A stretch of 7,740 bases of DNA. Source: a virus (taxonomy: Duplodnaviria; Heunggongvirae; Uroviricota; Caudoviricetes). The stretch's first letter is position 1; each line of letters starts with the position of its first letter. Below, in pieces: positions 6,535 to 7,740 of this stretch. The DNA lies in IMG/VR virus record IMGVR_UViG_2875722834_000001, positions 1-7,740 of that record. One strand, given 5' to 3'. The notes under the pieces are model-generated. The model did not search any database. It was given only the letters and a program-made list of their open reading frames with translations, and was not told the origin of the DNA. Both the position numbers and the translations under genes were made by a program.

Positions 6535-7740
6535 ATGCATATTCAACAAGAACTCGATGAAGAACTTAATAATCTTTTTGACACTATTAGAAAAAAATCA
6601 AGTATTCGACCACCAATTGAGATTGAAAAAAACCTTACTTTGATAGATGACTTCGCTCTAAAATGCAGTAAATTCCGGGGTTGTTTAGTAGATTACATCC
6701 AGGAAAATGATAACAGGTTAAGTTTACGCTTGCGCAATAGACTTAGAGCTGTAGATATCATGCAGAAAGAAATCGTCTCGTGTTTAGAGTGTTTTTTATC
6801 AGGGGATATTAAGTCGGCATATGACTCATTTGAAAGTATGCTAGAGCCACGAACTATATCTCGTCATATTGAAAATATATGCATACCTCTTTCTGACTTA
6901 TGTAATGAAGATAAACCATTATTCCGCGTTAGAAAATCTGATACGCCACTTACATCAAGAAGAGATATGTTTCATATTCCGTTCAGTCAGCGTCACTTTG
7001 TTAGAGCACAGAGATTTTCAGTTGCTGGTCTACCCTGTTTATATTTAGGAACATCTCTTTATATATGCTGGAGAGAAATGGATAAGCCAGATTTTGATAA
7101 GCTATATATATCTGCCTACAAGATCGATAAAAATAATGACTCAAAGGTACTAAATATAGGACCTGATTTTTTATATAAACAGAGATCTATATTAGAGTCA
7201 AAAAGAAAGAACAAATATGATTTCAATACCAAACTCTCATATTTAGCACTTTGGCCTTTGATAATTGCATGCAATTATTTAAAAAAATATGACAATGCTT
7301 CCTTTGTACAAGAATATATTATCCCCAATCTTTTGATGCAATGGATCAGTCGGAACAGCAATGAGAATGTTGTTGGTATAGCCTACCGCTCAACAAAATT
7401 ACCTGCTAATGCCTTAGGTAGCAGAGGAATAAATGTGGTACTTCCTCCAAAAGTGCGTTACGAGGAGATGGCCAATAATGAATTTTGTCCAAATCTAGCG
7501 AAAATTTTCAAATTCACATTGCCTGTATCTTGGCAGGTCCTAAAAACAGTTGAGTACGTGCCTGAATCAGTTGCACAATCCGATCGAGAGAATCTCAGCA
7601 GAAGGCTACGAAGAAGAAAAAATCGTGAGCTAACAGGAAGCATAGATGATGAAATTTTGAACATCTATAATTTAACTGACTTTTATAAACTCGAAACTTG
7701 TATGGATGAAATTCAAGTATATGCCCATATTAAACCATGA
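6535..7740 (+). CDS. Hypothetical 401-aa cargo protein with a central RES-domain signature (putative NAD+-targeting toxin or defence effector)
   Basis: RFSVAGLPCLYLGTSLYICWRE gives Arg160-x9-Tyr170-x10-Glu181, and GIAYRSTKLPANALGSRGINVVL gives Ser286, matching the conserved Arg/Glu/Ser and their spacing in RES-domain toxins. There are long N- and C-terminal extensions, including the basic stretch RRLRRRKNR. The region is very AT-rich. The ATG is 9 nt after the int stop with no recognisable SD. The stop codon is at the last three bases of the window. Confidence 0.75.
   Translation: MHIQQELDEELNNLFDTIRKKSSIRPPIEIEKNLTLIDDFALKCSKFRGCLVDYIQENDNRLSLRLRNRLRAVDIMQKEIVSCLECFLSGDIKSAYDSFESMLEPRTISRHIENICIPLSDLCNEDKPLFRVRKSDTPLTSRRDMFHIPFSQRHFVRAQRFSVAGLPCLYLGTSLYICWREMDKPDFDKLYISAYKIDKNNDSKVLNIGPDFLYKQRSILESKRKNKYDFNTKLSYLALWPLIIACNYLKKYDNASFVQEYIIPNLLMQWISRNSNENVVGIAYRSTKLPANALGSRGINVVLPPKVRYEEMANNEFCPNLAKIFKFTLPVSWQVLKTVEYVPESVAQSDRENLSRRLRRRKNRELTGSIDDEILNIYNLTDFYKLETCMDEIQVYAHIKP

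Larger units (their letters stand above)
578..7740. mobile_element. P2/186-family prophage remnant integrated at the 3' end of ssrA; the right boundary is beyond the window and the left junction is probably within the last tens of nt of ssrA
   Basis: The ogr-D-U-T' late-gene end faces ssrA and the cI-int end faces away, which is the expected arrangement for a P2-type prophage cut at att (att lies between ogr and int). Head, replication and most tail genes are missing. Two AT-rich cargo genes sit at the two att-proximal ends. Confidence 0.75.

Noticed and set aside
7458-7664. Minus-strand 68-aa ORF inside the RES-domain gene
   Set aside because: It is antisense to a longer ORF with a recognisable domain signature, and its product is Ser/Leu/Arg-rich low-complexity sequence.
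1-7740. CRISPR array, IS element or transposase
   Set aside because: No regularly spaced direct repeats with unique spacers and no transposase-like ORF or terminal inverted repeats were seen. The only mobile-element signature is the prophage remnant.

Overview
This window is the 3' side of the E. coli-type tmRNA gene ssrA (215-577, + strand) followed by a heavily deleted P2/186-family prophage remnant that runs from the ssrA 3' end to beyond the right edge of the window. Reading left to right: ssrA with its terminator; an AT-rich cargo gene (701-1183, +) whose product looks like a WYL-like domain fused to a BRCT-like domain; then on the minus strand ogr, tail genes D and U, and a 466-aa in-frame chimera of a CII-like regulator N-terminus joined to a tail tape-measure C-terminus; an Apl/Cox-like small HTH gene; a face-to-face switch region with operator-like palindromes; then on the plus strand a 186 CI-like repressor, a P2-family tyrosine integrase, and a second AT-rich cargo gene (6535-7740) encoding a 401-aa protein with a RES-domain signature. 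Head, replication and most tail genes are absent. The two att-proximal cargo genes are the most interesting candidates for undescribed defence or toxin functions. All calls come from reading the sequence and the supplied ORF translations and from recalled family knowledge; no database search was run.
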